Shown here: in pieces, positions 38,872 through 48,867 of the stretch
Layout of the letters: every line of letters starts with the position of its first letter
Numbering within the stretch: the stretch's first letter is position 1
NCBI GenBank assembly: GCA_963668625.2
Contig: CAXXKA010000006.1
Span: forward strand, 128,001-192,000
DNA from: an uncultured candidate division Zixibacteria bacterium
GTDB lineage: Bacteria > Zixibacteria > MSB-5A5 > UBA10806 > 4484-95
DNA length: 64,000 bases
Direction of reading: 5' to 3'
Made by a program: the position numbers and the translations under genes
Notes under the pieces: generated by a model
Database searches by the model: none
The model's input: the letters and a program-made list of their open reading frames with translations, nothing else
Told to the model about the DNA's origin: nothing

Positions 38872-39546
38872 ATGCCCAGAATTACGGTATTACTTGATGA
38901 TATAATAATACTTTCCGAACTCAGTGAAAGCGGCGAGCCCCGGCCCGCCAAAGCCTCGGCTATATGTGATCTGGCCGGCGCAGGCGGCGTAGCTATAGGT
39001 CTTCGCAAAGGTGAGATAACCCCCGAGCATGAGCGTATCATAAAAGGGATAAAGGGCGTGCTGGGAATCCCGTTGGCGTTGATTATTCCGGCGGATGATA
39101 AATCTATCGAGAAGACTATCGATCTCTCGCCCTCGATGGCCGTGCTGGCGGATATCGTCCCCGGTGACAGCGACTACGTGGCTCGTTTGCAAGTGGCCAA
39201 TATTATCGTGGCCATCGAGATCACGCCCGACCTCGATCAGGTTAAAGCCGCGGCCAAGATGAAAGCCGATTATATCGCTATCGATGTCAGCCAGTATTGC
39301 ACGGAAAAAAGCCTGTCGGTAAAGGTTGATCTTCTCAACACGATTGCCAAAGCGGCGGCGCTGGCTGAACGTCTTTCTATTGGTGTGCTCGTAACGGGCC
39401 CCATGACTTTAAATGATGTCTCGAAATTAGCTGAGATCGATCAGGTCGAGGATTATTTTATCGGCCACGAACTGGTAAGCAAAGCTTTACTGTTTGGGCT
39501 GGAGGAGTCGATCGCCGAGTTTAAGGATGAAATATCGAGTGTCTAG
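38872..39546 (+). CDS. Pyridoxine 5'-phosphate synthase (PdxJ) homologue with degenerate active site
   Basis: PdxJ-like frame (EPRPAKASAIC..AGAGGVAIGLR; EITPDLDQVKAA..ADYIAI; IGHELVSKALLFGL) but NIDH, HLREDRRH and AGHGL motifs are lost. Confidence 0.65.
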   Translation: MPRITVLLDDIIILSELSESGEPRPAKASAICDLAGAGGVAIGLRKGEITPEHERIIKGIKGVLGIPLALIIPADDKSIEKTIDLSPSMAVLADIVPGDSDYVARLQVANIIVAIEITPDLDQVKAAAKMKADYIAIDVSQYCTEKSLSVKVDLLNTIAKAAALAERLSIGVLVTGPMTLNDVSKLAEIDQVEDYFIGHELVSKALLFGLEESIAEFKDEISSV

Positions 39547-39635
39547 GTAGAATATAATTATTTGTAACGCAATAGATTAACAAAATCCATACTATTTTGA
39601 AACATATAGCATCATGTATGCGTTTTTAAAATCTG

Positions 39636-41854
39636 ATGATTGGAAATGAGGTAAGAAAGATTAATTCGAGATTGATGTTCGCCTGCCTGGCGGTTTTGTT
39701 TGCCCTCCTTTACTCTGGAAATTCCGGCGCAACAACAATAAGCGGTGTCGTCATAGACTCGTTGACGAATGAGAGACTTCCCGGAGTAGTCGTAAAGCTG
39801 GTAAACTCATCGGTTGGTACCCACACCGACGCTGAGGGCCGATTCAGTTTGTTCATTGATGATACGGATGAGATCGAGGAAGGGCTGAAATTTCATCTTA
39901 TAGGTTTTCACGATAAAACAATCAGGATCGATGATTTCGAGTCGCCTGATAATCTGAAAATATACATGTCCTATTCAGCCTGGAAACTCGATCAGGTGGT
40001 TGTTACTGCGACCCGCAGAGAATATATCTTAAAAGATGTGCCGATTACGACCGAGCTTATTACCGCCGAGGAATTTAAAGAGACAGGCGCGTTAACTGTC
40101 GATGAGGCTTTAAGCTCTCATATCGGTGTTAATATCTCCGATGATCTATCCGGTAAAGGCGTTATTCTTCGCGGTATCGATCCCTCGCGCGTGCTGATCA
40201 TGATAGATGGCGACAGGGTGATCGGCCGGGTGCAGGGTTCGTTGGATATGGGACAGATATCGCTGGCTAATGTCGAGCGTATCGAGATCGTTAAAGGCAC
40301 CGGCGCAACGCTGTATGGCTCGGACGCTATCGGCGGGGTGGTAAATATTATCACCAAAAAGCCATCCGCTTTTAACTCGCTCGATCTTTACTCCAGTTAC
40401 GGAAGTTTCAATACATACGATTTTCAGGCCGGGGTTAATTCGACAGTCATAGGCAGAGGAATTAACCTTACCGCCAAGTTCATGCATACCGATGGTTTCG
40501 ACCTCGATGAGAGCACCGAGCACACCAACGGACTGGAGGATACCGACAGGTTCAACGCCAACGCAAAGATGCTGTTCAAGCCGCCGATAATCTCGATTTG
40601 GATTTTTCGCTGGGATTCATGGCTGAGGATAAAGACTGGAAGGAATCCGAGGTGGTGCAGATAGGTGTCGACCGCGATACGGTATATAACTATGATGACT
40701 CCGAGCGTAATTATCGCTACGATATAGCAGCCAAGCTGCGCTGGCAGATCGATCCGGTGGCTGATTTCACTTTCGATATTCATGGCTCGTACTACGATCA
40801 TATCTGGAAAAAATTCACGCGCTCCAATGCCTGGATAGATACCTCCGAAACCGATGATGATATCGTAGGATCGTCTTTTCAATATAACAGGATGTTCACC
40901 AACAATCACATACTCACGTTCGGCGGTGATATATTCACGCAGGGTTTGAATTCCAATCAACTGGCCTCGGGTAGCGAACGCGTGCGCAACGAGGATTTGT
41001 ACATGCAGTACGAATGGCGGCCGGTCAGTAAGCTGGTGTTTTTACCGGGCTTGCGCTGGGAACATCACGAAACCTACGGGCACTATTTCAATCCGAGTCT
41101 AAACGCCATGTGGGATGCCTGTAGATTTTTCAATCTGCGCGGCTCGATCAGCAAAGGATTCCGCGCGCCCTCGATCAAGGAACTGTATTTCGAGTTCGAT
41201 CACAGCGCCGCTGGATATATAGTGTACGGCGGCGGCGAGGAACTCGATCCGGAGACGAGTATCAATTACTCGTTAACCGCGGAGATCAACTACAGCCAAG
41301 AAGCCGTTCATCGCCTTACCTATTTCAGAAGCGATCTGAAAAATTTAATCGAGTTCACGGAGGGCGATTTCTCCGATCCTACCTACTGGCGGGGAATTTA
41401 TTACTATGGCAATATCGTGAAAGCGAAAACCGAAGGGATCGAATGGGAGACGCAGATAAAGGCACTCAATAAACTCGATCTATCTTTTTCATACACTTAT
41501 CTCAGCGCGAAAAATCTTACCGAGAAGATCGATCTGATAAACCGTCCCGACCATACGTTCAAATTCAACACCGGCTATGTGATATCACCTATTGATACCA
41601 GGCTTAGCCTGTGGGGATTCTGGCATGACAGGAAACTGTGGATATCGCAGGCGGAGACATCGGAACGCAGCAGCGATGCTTACGCGCCCTCGCGCTGGAA
41701 TCTGAATGCCGGCCTATCGCGGGAATTGTTCGATAAAATCGAGTTGTTCGTAAAGGTTAATAATATATTGGATGAGAAAAACGCGAATTTCGGTTACTGG
41801 CCCGAACGAAGTTACACTGTAAGTATTAATTATAATTTTAGTAGGAGTAATTAA
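39636..41854 (+). CDS. TonB-dependent receptor, HmuR/BtuB-like (one frameshift near 40580)
   Basis: CarboxypepD_reg N-domain, VVVTATR, ILRG..VLIMIDG, VERIEIVKG..LYGSDAIGGVVNIITK, GFRAPSIKELY, C-terminal YNF. Confidence 0.88.
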
Positions 41855-42934
41855 ATGAAGAAACTTTTAATGATAGCACCGTTTATACTGAGCGTGCTTT
41901 TTTTCGCGTGTGATGATGATAAGGGCAACCCTATTATACCGGATGATACCACCACTAGCACCTGGATTGAGGATGGTGGTTACTGGAGCAGTTTAGTTGA
42001 TGCGGAAAGTGAAACATCGTTTGTATATTTTAGTTTTGCCACGCAGGAGACCGTTGCAGTAACAGATGCTCAAGCACCAACCAGTAGTGCCTGGGATATT
42101 GCTTTTAAAAGATATCATGTGCAATTAAATGGAGGCCTTTCAGGCAATAAAGGTGTAGTCGGGGTTGATTTAGCTGTGGCAGGCTCTCCTGACTCTACGG
42201 ATTTTGCCGCCGTGGTTGATACCTCTGATATTACAATCAGTGATTGGATGGAAGACAACTACTCTTTATCTCTTGATGAATGGTACAGCTATAACCCGAT
42301 TTCGCATGCTGTGGACCCAACATATTATGTGTATCTTCTAAAAGATGCTGCCGGGAAATATGTAAAATTTCAGGTAATCGATATATTCGATGGCGGTCAA
42401 CCGCCGGATATGGGATCGGTCAAGCTTCGATATGTTTATCAGGCTGATGGACCTGATGTCTCTGGTGTTCCTGATACTTTAACACTTATTGTTGGCGTCG
42501 GTACCGGATATGTTGATTTTTCGACTGGTATGGAGGTTACGCCTGCTGATCCCGAAAATTCGACCGATTGGGATATGGCATTTACTCAATATGAAATTCA
42601 TTTAAACTCATCCTTATGGGGACGCGGTTATGCCAGTGCTTATCCGGCATATCAGGATTCCAGCTTAACCGGCGGTAATCCTACAAATTTTGATGGTATT
42701 ACTACTGCGGTTACAAACAACACCGGCTATTTTACCGATGTAATATCATCAGCTTTAACTGATTGGTGGTATCATATGTTTGATGGTACTCAATCGCGAT
42801 TGCCATCACGTGATCATGTATATCTAATTAAAGTTGATGATTCGGTTTATAAGTTAAAAATTCATAGCTATTACCATCCTGATACTGAAACTGCTGCAGC
42901 TAACATCACTTTCCACTGGGCTGAACTGGAATAA
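41855..42934 (+). CDS. hmuY: HmuY-family lipoprotein with two HmuY domains
   Basis: Lipobox FFAC; WDIAFKRYHVQLNGG and WDMAFTQYEIHLN repeats; KDAAGKYVKFQ and VYLIK..YKLKIHSYY. Confidence 0.8.
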   Translation: MKKLLMIAPFILSVLFFACDDDKGNPIIPDDTTTSTWIEDGGYWSSLVDAESETSFVYFSFATQETVAVTDAQAPTSSAWDIAFKRYHVQLNGGLSGNKGVVGVDLAVAGSPDSTDFAAVVDTSDITISDWMEDNYSLSLDEWYSYNPISHAVDPTYYVYLLKDAAGKYVKFQVIDIFDGGQPPDMGSVKLRYVYQADGPDVSGVPDTLTLIVGVGTGYVDFSTGMEVTPADPENSTDWDMAFTQYEIHLNSSLWGRGYASAYPAYQDSSLTGGNPTNFDGITTAVTNNTGYFTDVISSALTDWWYHMFDGTQSRLPSRDHVYLIKVDDSVYKLKIHSYYHPDTETAAANITFHWAELE

Positions 42935-42953
42935 GCAGCGTCATAATTACTAA

Positions 42954-42989
42954 AATTAAAAAGCCGCCCCCGTTTGGGAGCGGCTTTTT
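42954..42989. repeat. 36-bp direct repeat copy 1 (bidirectional terminator)
   Basis: AATTAAAAAGCCGCCCCCGTTTGGGAGCGGCTTTTT identical to 45537-45572. Confidence 0.9.
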
Positions 42990-42995
42990 TATTAT

Positions 42996-45440
42996 CTATT
43001 CGTGGCTTGCACCTGAACATGAAAAGCATGCTTTTGGTGCCTGCCCTATACCTCTGAAGTAATTAACAAGGTACAATACATCACTTCCAGTAATTACGCA
43101 ATCACCATTTGCATCGCCAGATGCGTAAAACAAATCAGGCGAAGGACATCTGCAAAAACAATTACTAGGGGGTGTGTTGTTTCCAGCTAAATACTGTACT
43201 AAAAATGTAACATCTCCCCCTATTACTTGCTCATCACCATTTGCATCGCCAGCATAAAAATCACACCAATCTAGCTTTGTGATAAAACCATCGACATAGC
43301 CAGTTATCGTCCCATCATTTAAGTTATTATCGTAACAATTCGGTGATGTGTAAAAATCATCAGACATCGTTGTCCCTGCAATCCAAGGGGGTTCATACCA
43401 TGATTCCATAGAGATATAATCTACTTCAACACTTACTATACTTCTATAGCCTATTGGGCTAAGGAAAAAACCATCATTGCCTGTTCCTCCTAAATAGCCG
43501 CTTTGTGAAACCGATTGGTAATTTCCATTGTAGCAGTAAAAATATGTATAAAAAATGTCATAACCACCATTGTGCGTAGTATTAGTGTTTATTACCGGAA
43601 AATTGGTTGAATTAGTATAACCAACAACCGTGGGAGATCTCAGAAAAGCTGTTGATATATCAGTTGCATACTCGTTGCCTGATCCACCTAAATAAGTACT
43701 CCATCCCAGTTGGCTGCCGTATCTTAAATGTAAAACAAATGCATCATAACCGCCATTATAAGTGTCGTCGTATGCATTAACTGTAGGGAAATTTGATGAA
43801 TTTGTTGAACCAACAAGAGTAACACCATCATCCCAATCTTTAAAAATGCCTTCTGCGATATCATCACCCGAACCGCCAATATAGGTGCTAAATGATATGC
43901 TTGTTAAAGCTGGATTAAACTTAGTAATAAAAACATCTTTGTTCCCTTGATAAGTGTAGAGCGGATTAACAGCAGGGAAATTACTCGATGCTGTGAAACC
44001 TGTTATATATAATTCACCGCTTTGTTCATTCAAACCATATGCCCTGTCATCACCTGAGCCACCTAAAAATGTGCTTCCTTGGATCGTATACGGGGATGAA
44101 TCTGATATACTCGTAATAAAAATATCGATTTCGCCGTTAAAAGTTCTATCATATGCGTTTCCAGTAGTAGGAAAAGTCCCTGAACCGGTCCAACCACATA
44201 TAGTAAAATGTGATTCAAAGGCATAATAATGAATATCTTCGGCATAATCATTGTAAGAGCCACCAATGTATGTACTAAAAAATAGTCCACTGCCTTCCCA
44301 GTATTTAAGAGCAAATGCATCTATAGAACCACCGAGTGTATTGTCTATGGGGTTCATCATTGGAAAGTCAGAGGAAGAAGTGTAGCCGGTAACATATATA
44401 CCTGTACCCCCATCGCTTGCAATACCAGTGGCTACATCAGTTACACTACCGCCTATGATTATACTATATGCTAATGAACCATCTGCATTAAACTTAGATA
44501 TGAATAGATCGCATACTCCCTGTGGCCCTATAGGCGGTATGCCATGTGGATAATTCGAAGAAAATGTATAACCCGTAATAAATCGAGTATAATTTGAAGT
44601 CTGACACATATCAGTAATTATGTCATGATTTGTTCCGCCAATGTAACTACTATATACTGGAGTGATATTGGGATCAATTATTAAAGGTCTATTGGATTCG
44701 TAAGGCCCGGTTACTATGAAACCATAACTATTATCATTGTAAATACAAAATTCACAATCGACTAATCTACGCTTTCCGTTAATTTCTTGATAGCAAATTG
44801 GGGCAGTTTCTTTTAGCTCAAACTCACCAGTGTCAATTATCAAATCGCCATTATCAAGCTTGGATAATTTGGCTAGTGGTTCTGGTTTAAAACGAACAAT
44901 CGAAGGATTTACACCAGGATTGACAACAATGTCATATTTTAATGAATTGTTATCGGAATAGTATTTAAAATCAATCCCCTTATAAACGTTTATATAATTG
45001 ATAGATTTATAAGTGTTTAAATTGTGCCTCCATTTTGATTCGTCATTTCCAATATAAAAACTGTATTTAGGTTCGGCCATTTCGCCATCAGTAATTAGCA
45101 CATTTTTATTTGCTCCGATCAAATTAATTTCTATACTATGAGCAATTACTTCTGGATTATGATTCTGATCTAATGATGAACTTAATGATTTTTTCTCTGG
45201 AATCTCTAGATAATGATAATAGAATGAATTTCTACAGAAATCAATAGTAATGCCATTAGAAAAGCATCTGTACTCGATGATACTGTCGAATTGTCCATCA
45301 TTTGGGATGAAAGAAAATCCAGAATTAAAACTGTCTTTCCCTGTCATCGATAAATTATTTTGAGCAAATACTGGAACGACAGAGTAGCTTAATAATAATA
45401 GCATAAAGACAATGCTGCTCATATAACGGAAACGGTACAT
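42996..45440 (-). CDS. Secreted SBBP beta-propeller repeat protein with C-terminal dockerin-like domain
   Basis: FIPNDGQ..YKGID..LKYDIVVNPG..LIIDP N-domain; repeated YSTYIGGS..D..IYVTGYTSSSDFP; GDANGD x2; AT-rich. Confidence 0.87.
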   Translation of the reverse strand: MYRFRYMSSIVFMLLLLSYSVVPVFAQNNLSMTGKDSFNSGFSFIPNDGQFDSIIEYRCFSNGITIDFCRNSFYYHYLEIPEKKSLSSSLDQNHNPEVIAHSIEINLIGANKNVLITDGEMAEPKYSFYIGNDESKWRHNLNTYKSINYINVYKGIDFKYYSDNNSLKYDIVVNPGVNPSIVRFKPEPLAKLSKLDNGDLIIDTGEFELKETAPICYQEINGKRRLVDCEFCIYNDNSYGFIVTGPYESNRPLIIDPNITPVYSSYIGGTNHDIITDMCQTSNYTRFITGYTFSSNYPHGIPPIGPQGVCDLFISKFNADGSLAYSIIIGGSVTDVATGIASDGGTGIYVTGYTSSSDFPMMNPIDNTLGGSIDAFALKYWEGSGLFFSTYIGGSYNDYAEDIHYYAFESHFTICGWTGSGTFPTTGNAYDRTFNGEIDIFITSISDSSPYTIQGSTFLGGSGDDRAYGLNEQSGELYITGFTASSNFPAVNPLYTYQGNKDVFITKFNPALTSISFSTYIGGSGDDIAEGIFKDWDDGVTLVGSTNSSNFPTVNAYDDTYNGGYDAFVLHLRYGSQLGWSTYLGGSGNEYATDISTAFLRSPTVVGYTNSTNFPVINTNTTHNGGYDIFYTYFYCYNGNYQSVSQSGYLGGTGNDGFFLSPIGYRSIVSVEVDYISMESWYEPPWIAGTTMSDDFYTSPNCYDNNLNDGTITGYVDGFITKLDWCDFYAGDANGDEQVIGGDVTFLVQYLAGNNTPPSNCFCRCPSPDLFYASGDANGDCVITGSDVLYLVNYFRGIGQAPKACFSCSGASHE

Positions 45441-45536
45441 AGAACCTCCTTGAAATTATTCGTAAGTGTTAACCAATATGTTAATGATATTATTAGCTAT
45501 TTTTATTGTCAAGGAATAAAATATAAAAGCTCTATT

Positions 45537-45572
45537 AATTAAAAAGCCGCCCCCGTTTGGGAGCGGCTTTTT
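45537..45572. repeat. 36-bp direct repeat copy 2 (bidirectional terminator)
   Basis: Identical to 42954-42989. Confidence 0.9.
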
Positions 45573-45590
45573 GTGTGACGCCCGTAAAGT

Positions 45591-46661
45591 CTATTCCGTG
45601 TCAGCCAGGATTGGCTCTATTGTTGGCAGTTGTTCCGGTCGCAGGATTTCCTCCTTTCCTTTCAAGGTTACGATTCCATCGCTGCGGGTCGCCACGAAAA
45701 TATCGTTATCTCCTTTGAATAATCCGATTACTGGTTTGCCGATGAACGCCGGTACGGCTTGAAGGGAGTCGTTGGCGTAGACGAACAGGCCCTGCTCGGT
45801 GCCGATGTAAGTCGAGAACACTTTCGGCAGGAAACAGTTGACCTCGTAAATCTCGGTCGAATCTCTGAGGTAGAGCTGCTTCCACTCGCCGCCGTCATGC
45901 TGGAAAATACCCGAGGGAGTGCCCACCCAGAGATAAGGATACTGATACTCGAGCGCGGAGACGAAATCGAATATTTCGGTATCACGAGCCAGGTAACGTC
46001 TCTTCCAGTTTTCGCCGTCATAACGCCACAGGCCGTCACCGAAAGTACCTACCCAGAGGCCGTCATCATCCTCGGTTAAGGATGTCACCAGGAGATCGGC
46101 TTTCATGAGTGAATCGCTATACCAATCATCCATGAAATGCAAACCGTCATTGGCGCCGATCAGGTAGCCCTCGCCGAATTTCAGTACTACATTGACAGGC
46201 GCGCCGAGGTCGAATGTATCGCGCAGGCTTTCGTATTCGTAGTCCGCGAATATCAACCGGTCGCCGCCAATTACCGCCTCATCTTTCTCGTACAGCATGC
46301 AGGCCATATCCGGCGCGTGATCCGAGCAAAACGAGGTGACCGGGTCGCTCCAACCCGAACTGTCTTTCATCACCGTGTACAGCATCTTACCCGATAGGAT
46401 ATCGAACTTGCCGTTGTTGTAGAAAACTCTTTCGATCTCGGGATACGAGGGGGCGGGCGACGTGACCTGTTCCTCGACAACCGGCTCGATTACCGGTTCG
46501 ATCGTGTCTGCCGGTATTGCTTGCTCGGCGATTGCCTCAACCATGACTACTTGCGGTCTTTTCTTCAAGCCTGCCCCTATAATCAAAACAAACGCCAGTA
46601 GGGAAACCACGATAACCGAGACCACCTGTCCTTTGTCTCTCATTCTTTCTCGCTTTAACAT
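45591..46661 (-). CDS. Membrane-anchored beta-propeller protein (two-component regulator propeller-like repeats)
   Basis: N-terminal TM; GLWVGTFGDGL, LWVGTPSG, YIGTEQGL repeats; SD GAGGAGG before ATG 46661. Confidence 0.65.
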   Translation of the reverse strand: MLKRERMRDKGQVVSVIVVSLLAFVLIIGAGLKKRPQVVMVEAIAEQAIPADTIEPVIEPVVEEQVTSPAPSYPEIERVFYNNGKFDILSGKMLYTVMKDSSGWSDPVTSFCSDHAPDMACMLYEKDEAVIGGDRLIFADYEYESLRDTFDLGAPVNVVLKFGEGYLIGANDGLHFMDDWYSDSLMKADLLVTSLTEDDDGLWVGTFGDGLWRYDGENWKRRYLARDTEIFDFVSALEYQYPYLWVGTPSGIFQHDGGEWKQLYLRDSTEIYEVNCFLPKVFSTYIGTEQGLFVYANDSLQAVPAFIGKPVIGLFKGDNDIFVATRSDGIVTLKGKEEILRPEQLPTIEPILADTE

Positions 46662-46915
46662 CTTTCCTCCTCTGTTGGGGATTAAGGTTTTTAATAATTT
46701 CATCCAGTATTAAAACAAAAGCCGTGCCACGACCTTAAGGCGTTGGTATTCATGATATTTAAGAAATAAGGATGAATTTAAAGCGTGTCTATGCGGAATG
46801 ATCCGTGTCTGAAAGTATACGCTATCGAATAGCTAACCTGAATGCCTCATAGTACGATATTAATAACATGAAACATCTTGATTCTATCGAGATAAAATCT
46901 TGCCCGATATGAAAC

Positions 46916-46945
46916 TTGACTGACGCTTACGGGTTAAAGTATACT
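46916..46945 (+). promoter_or_regulatory. sigma70-type promoter
   Basis: TTGACT-N18-TATACT. Confidence 0.5.
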
Positions 46946-46981
46946 GGTTGCAGGAAAATTGTTGAAAATGTTGAAGAAGGA

Positions 46982-47055
46982 ATCGTCAGGTAGGCGATAT
47001 CTTTCGTAGAAGATGTCAGGCGGATGAAATCCTTTGTTTATCCATTCCTGACGAT
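46982..47055 (+). promoter_or_regulatory. Structured 5' leader (three-way junction candidate)
   Basis: ATCGTCAGG/CCTGACGAT closing stem enclosing two hairpins. Confidence 0.4.
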
Positions 47056-47089
47056 ACTTGCTTGATTTTCGACAGTCCAGGGAGAGTCT

Positions 47090-48865
47090 ATGATCAAAAA
47101 GCTAACGTTCGTTCTGTTAATATCAATTCTATTAACATCACTTGCAACCACCGATACCAACACGGATATACTCGGCTCGGTGATTTTGAAAAAGAACTAC
47201 CGGTTGTATATCGATAAAGGCCGTGCCGATGGTGTCAACGTTGGTAATCGTCTCGAGGTGCTTTATGACGGCCGTTCGTTCGGTACCGCGCTAATTTCGT
47301 GGGTTGGGGATGATATCTCTTATGCCCGTATGGATTCCTCGGTGTATTACCGGTTCTATTATGTACAGCCGCTCGAGGCTCGTATATATTTGGAAAGCAC
47401 GACGAAGTTCACCGGCGGCGCTATTCACGTACCGTTTTTCAACGATCTCAAGCTAAAGCCCTCCGAGATCACCATTCCCGATGAGTACACTGTCGGCTAT
47501 CTGATTTACGATAACCTGGTTAATCTCGATAGCGAGGGTAAAATCGTACCCGGCCTGGCGCATTCGTGGGAACATCACGGCAACACCTACACGTTTTATC
47601 TCAATCCCGATATCAAATTTCATTCGGGTAAATATCTGGATGCCCTGGATGTGGCGCATTCGCTGGTGGAACTGGCGCGGTCTCCGGAGCTTACGCCGGC
47701 CGCCTCGTTTATCACCCAGGTGGAGGGGTATAACCAGGTGCATCGCGGCAGGGCGAACGAGTTGCAGGGTGTATTTATCAGCAATAAAAATACCATAGGT
47801 ATCACCACCAAAAACGAGTTCGAACCACTCTTGAAATACCTGGCGGGTCCCGGCGGTTTTATCATACCCTCGGTCGATAGAACCCCCGTGCCGATAGGGA
47901 CAGGCCCGTTTAAAGTGGTAAGCGTACGGGATGAGCGAGTAATGCTGGCGGCTAATACCGATTATTTCGCCGATTCACCGGCGCTCGATAGCGTGATATT
48001 CAACCGCTACTCGGATTACAAAGAGGCGGCGCTCGATTTCGAACTCGGCAGGTTGGATCTGATCGGTTTCGACACGCATAACGCCGAGGAGCTATTATCG
48101 GGCGGCGACTACCAGGCTAGAAAATACTACACCAGTTCTCTGGTGATGTTGGGTTTTAACTGTAAGCATAAATACCAGGAGGACTATAAACTCTCCGGGG
48201 CATTGAACGGCTTATTCGACAGGGAAAGCATAGTACGAGTGCTTCTGGCGAATTCGGCCAGATCGAGTTCCTCGATTATTTCGCCGACATTCAGTATCGA
48301 ATCGCAGTATGCCAATGACTTCACGTTCATGCCCGGCGAGGCGAAAGCCGCCCTGGCTGATATCGCTGATTTGCCGGGCGAGTTGAACCTCGTGTATGAT
48401 GGTTTCGATCCGGCCTTAAAGCCGGTTGCGGCATATATCGCCGGCCAGCTCCGTCACGCCGGTTTGAAAGTAAAAACACAGAAACTCGATAGTCGTTATC
48501 TGGAAGAGTCAACTAATTTAAGCACGATGGATTTATATCTCATGCGCTACGATATCCCGGTGCTCGATCCTGACGCGCTTTTTTATCCGTTGTTCTCCTC
48601 GGAGTTGAACGGTATAACGAATTATTTCAATTATAGCGATGAGCAACTCGAGCGCTATCTGAGCGGCGCCCGGCGAATCGAGGATACATACGCGCGTGAG
48701 GATATATATAGGGAGGCCGAGGATTTATTGATGAAAAATCCACCCCTCATCGTGCTGTACAATCCATACCTGACAATCGCTCATCGGAGGGACCTTGCCG
48801 GTTTTAAAGCCGACCCCAGGGCGTTCGTAAACCTTCGCGATACATACTACCAGGCGGGTAAATAA
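47090..48865 (+). CDS. Family 5 (peptide/nickel) substrate-binding protein with extra N-terminal beta domain
   Basis: LIYDNLV..IVPGLAHSW..YTFYL..FHSG, PIGTGPFKV; N-terminal LYIDKGRADGVNVG. Confidence 0.85.
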   Translation: MIKKLTFVLLISILLTSLATTDTNTDILGSVILKKNYRLYIDKGRADGVNVGNRLEVLYDGRSFGTALISWVGDDISYARMDSSVYYRFYYVQPLEARIYLESTTKFTGGAIHVPFFNDLKLKPSEITIPDEYTVGYLIYDNLVNLDSEGKIVPGLAHSWEHHGNTYTFYLNPDIKFHSGKYLDALDVAHSLVELARSPELTPAASFITQVEGYNQVHRGRANELQGVFISNKNTIGITTKNEFEPLLKYLAGPGGFIIPSVDRTPVPIGTGPFKVVSVRDERVMLAANTDYFADSPALDSVIFNRYSDYKEAALDFELGRLDLIGFDTHNAEELLSGGDYQARKYYTSSLVMLGFNCKHKYQEDYKLSGALNGLFDRESIVRVLLANSARSSSSIISPTFSIESQYANDFTFMPGEAKAALADIADLPGELNLVYDGFDPALKPVAAYIAGQLRHAGLKVKTQKLDSRYLEESTNLSTMDLYLMRYDIPVLDPDALFYPLFSSELNGITNYFNYSDEQLERYLSGARRIEDTYAREDIYREAEDLLMKNPPLIVLYNPYLTIAHRRDLAGFKADPRAFVNLRDTYYQAGK

Positions 48866-48867
48866 TC

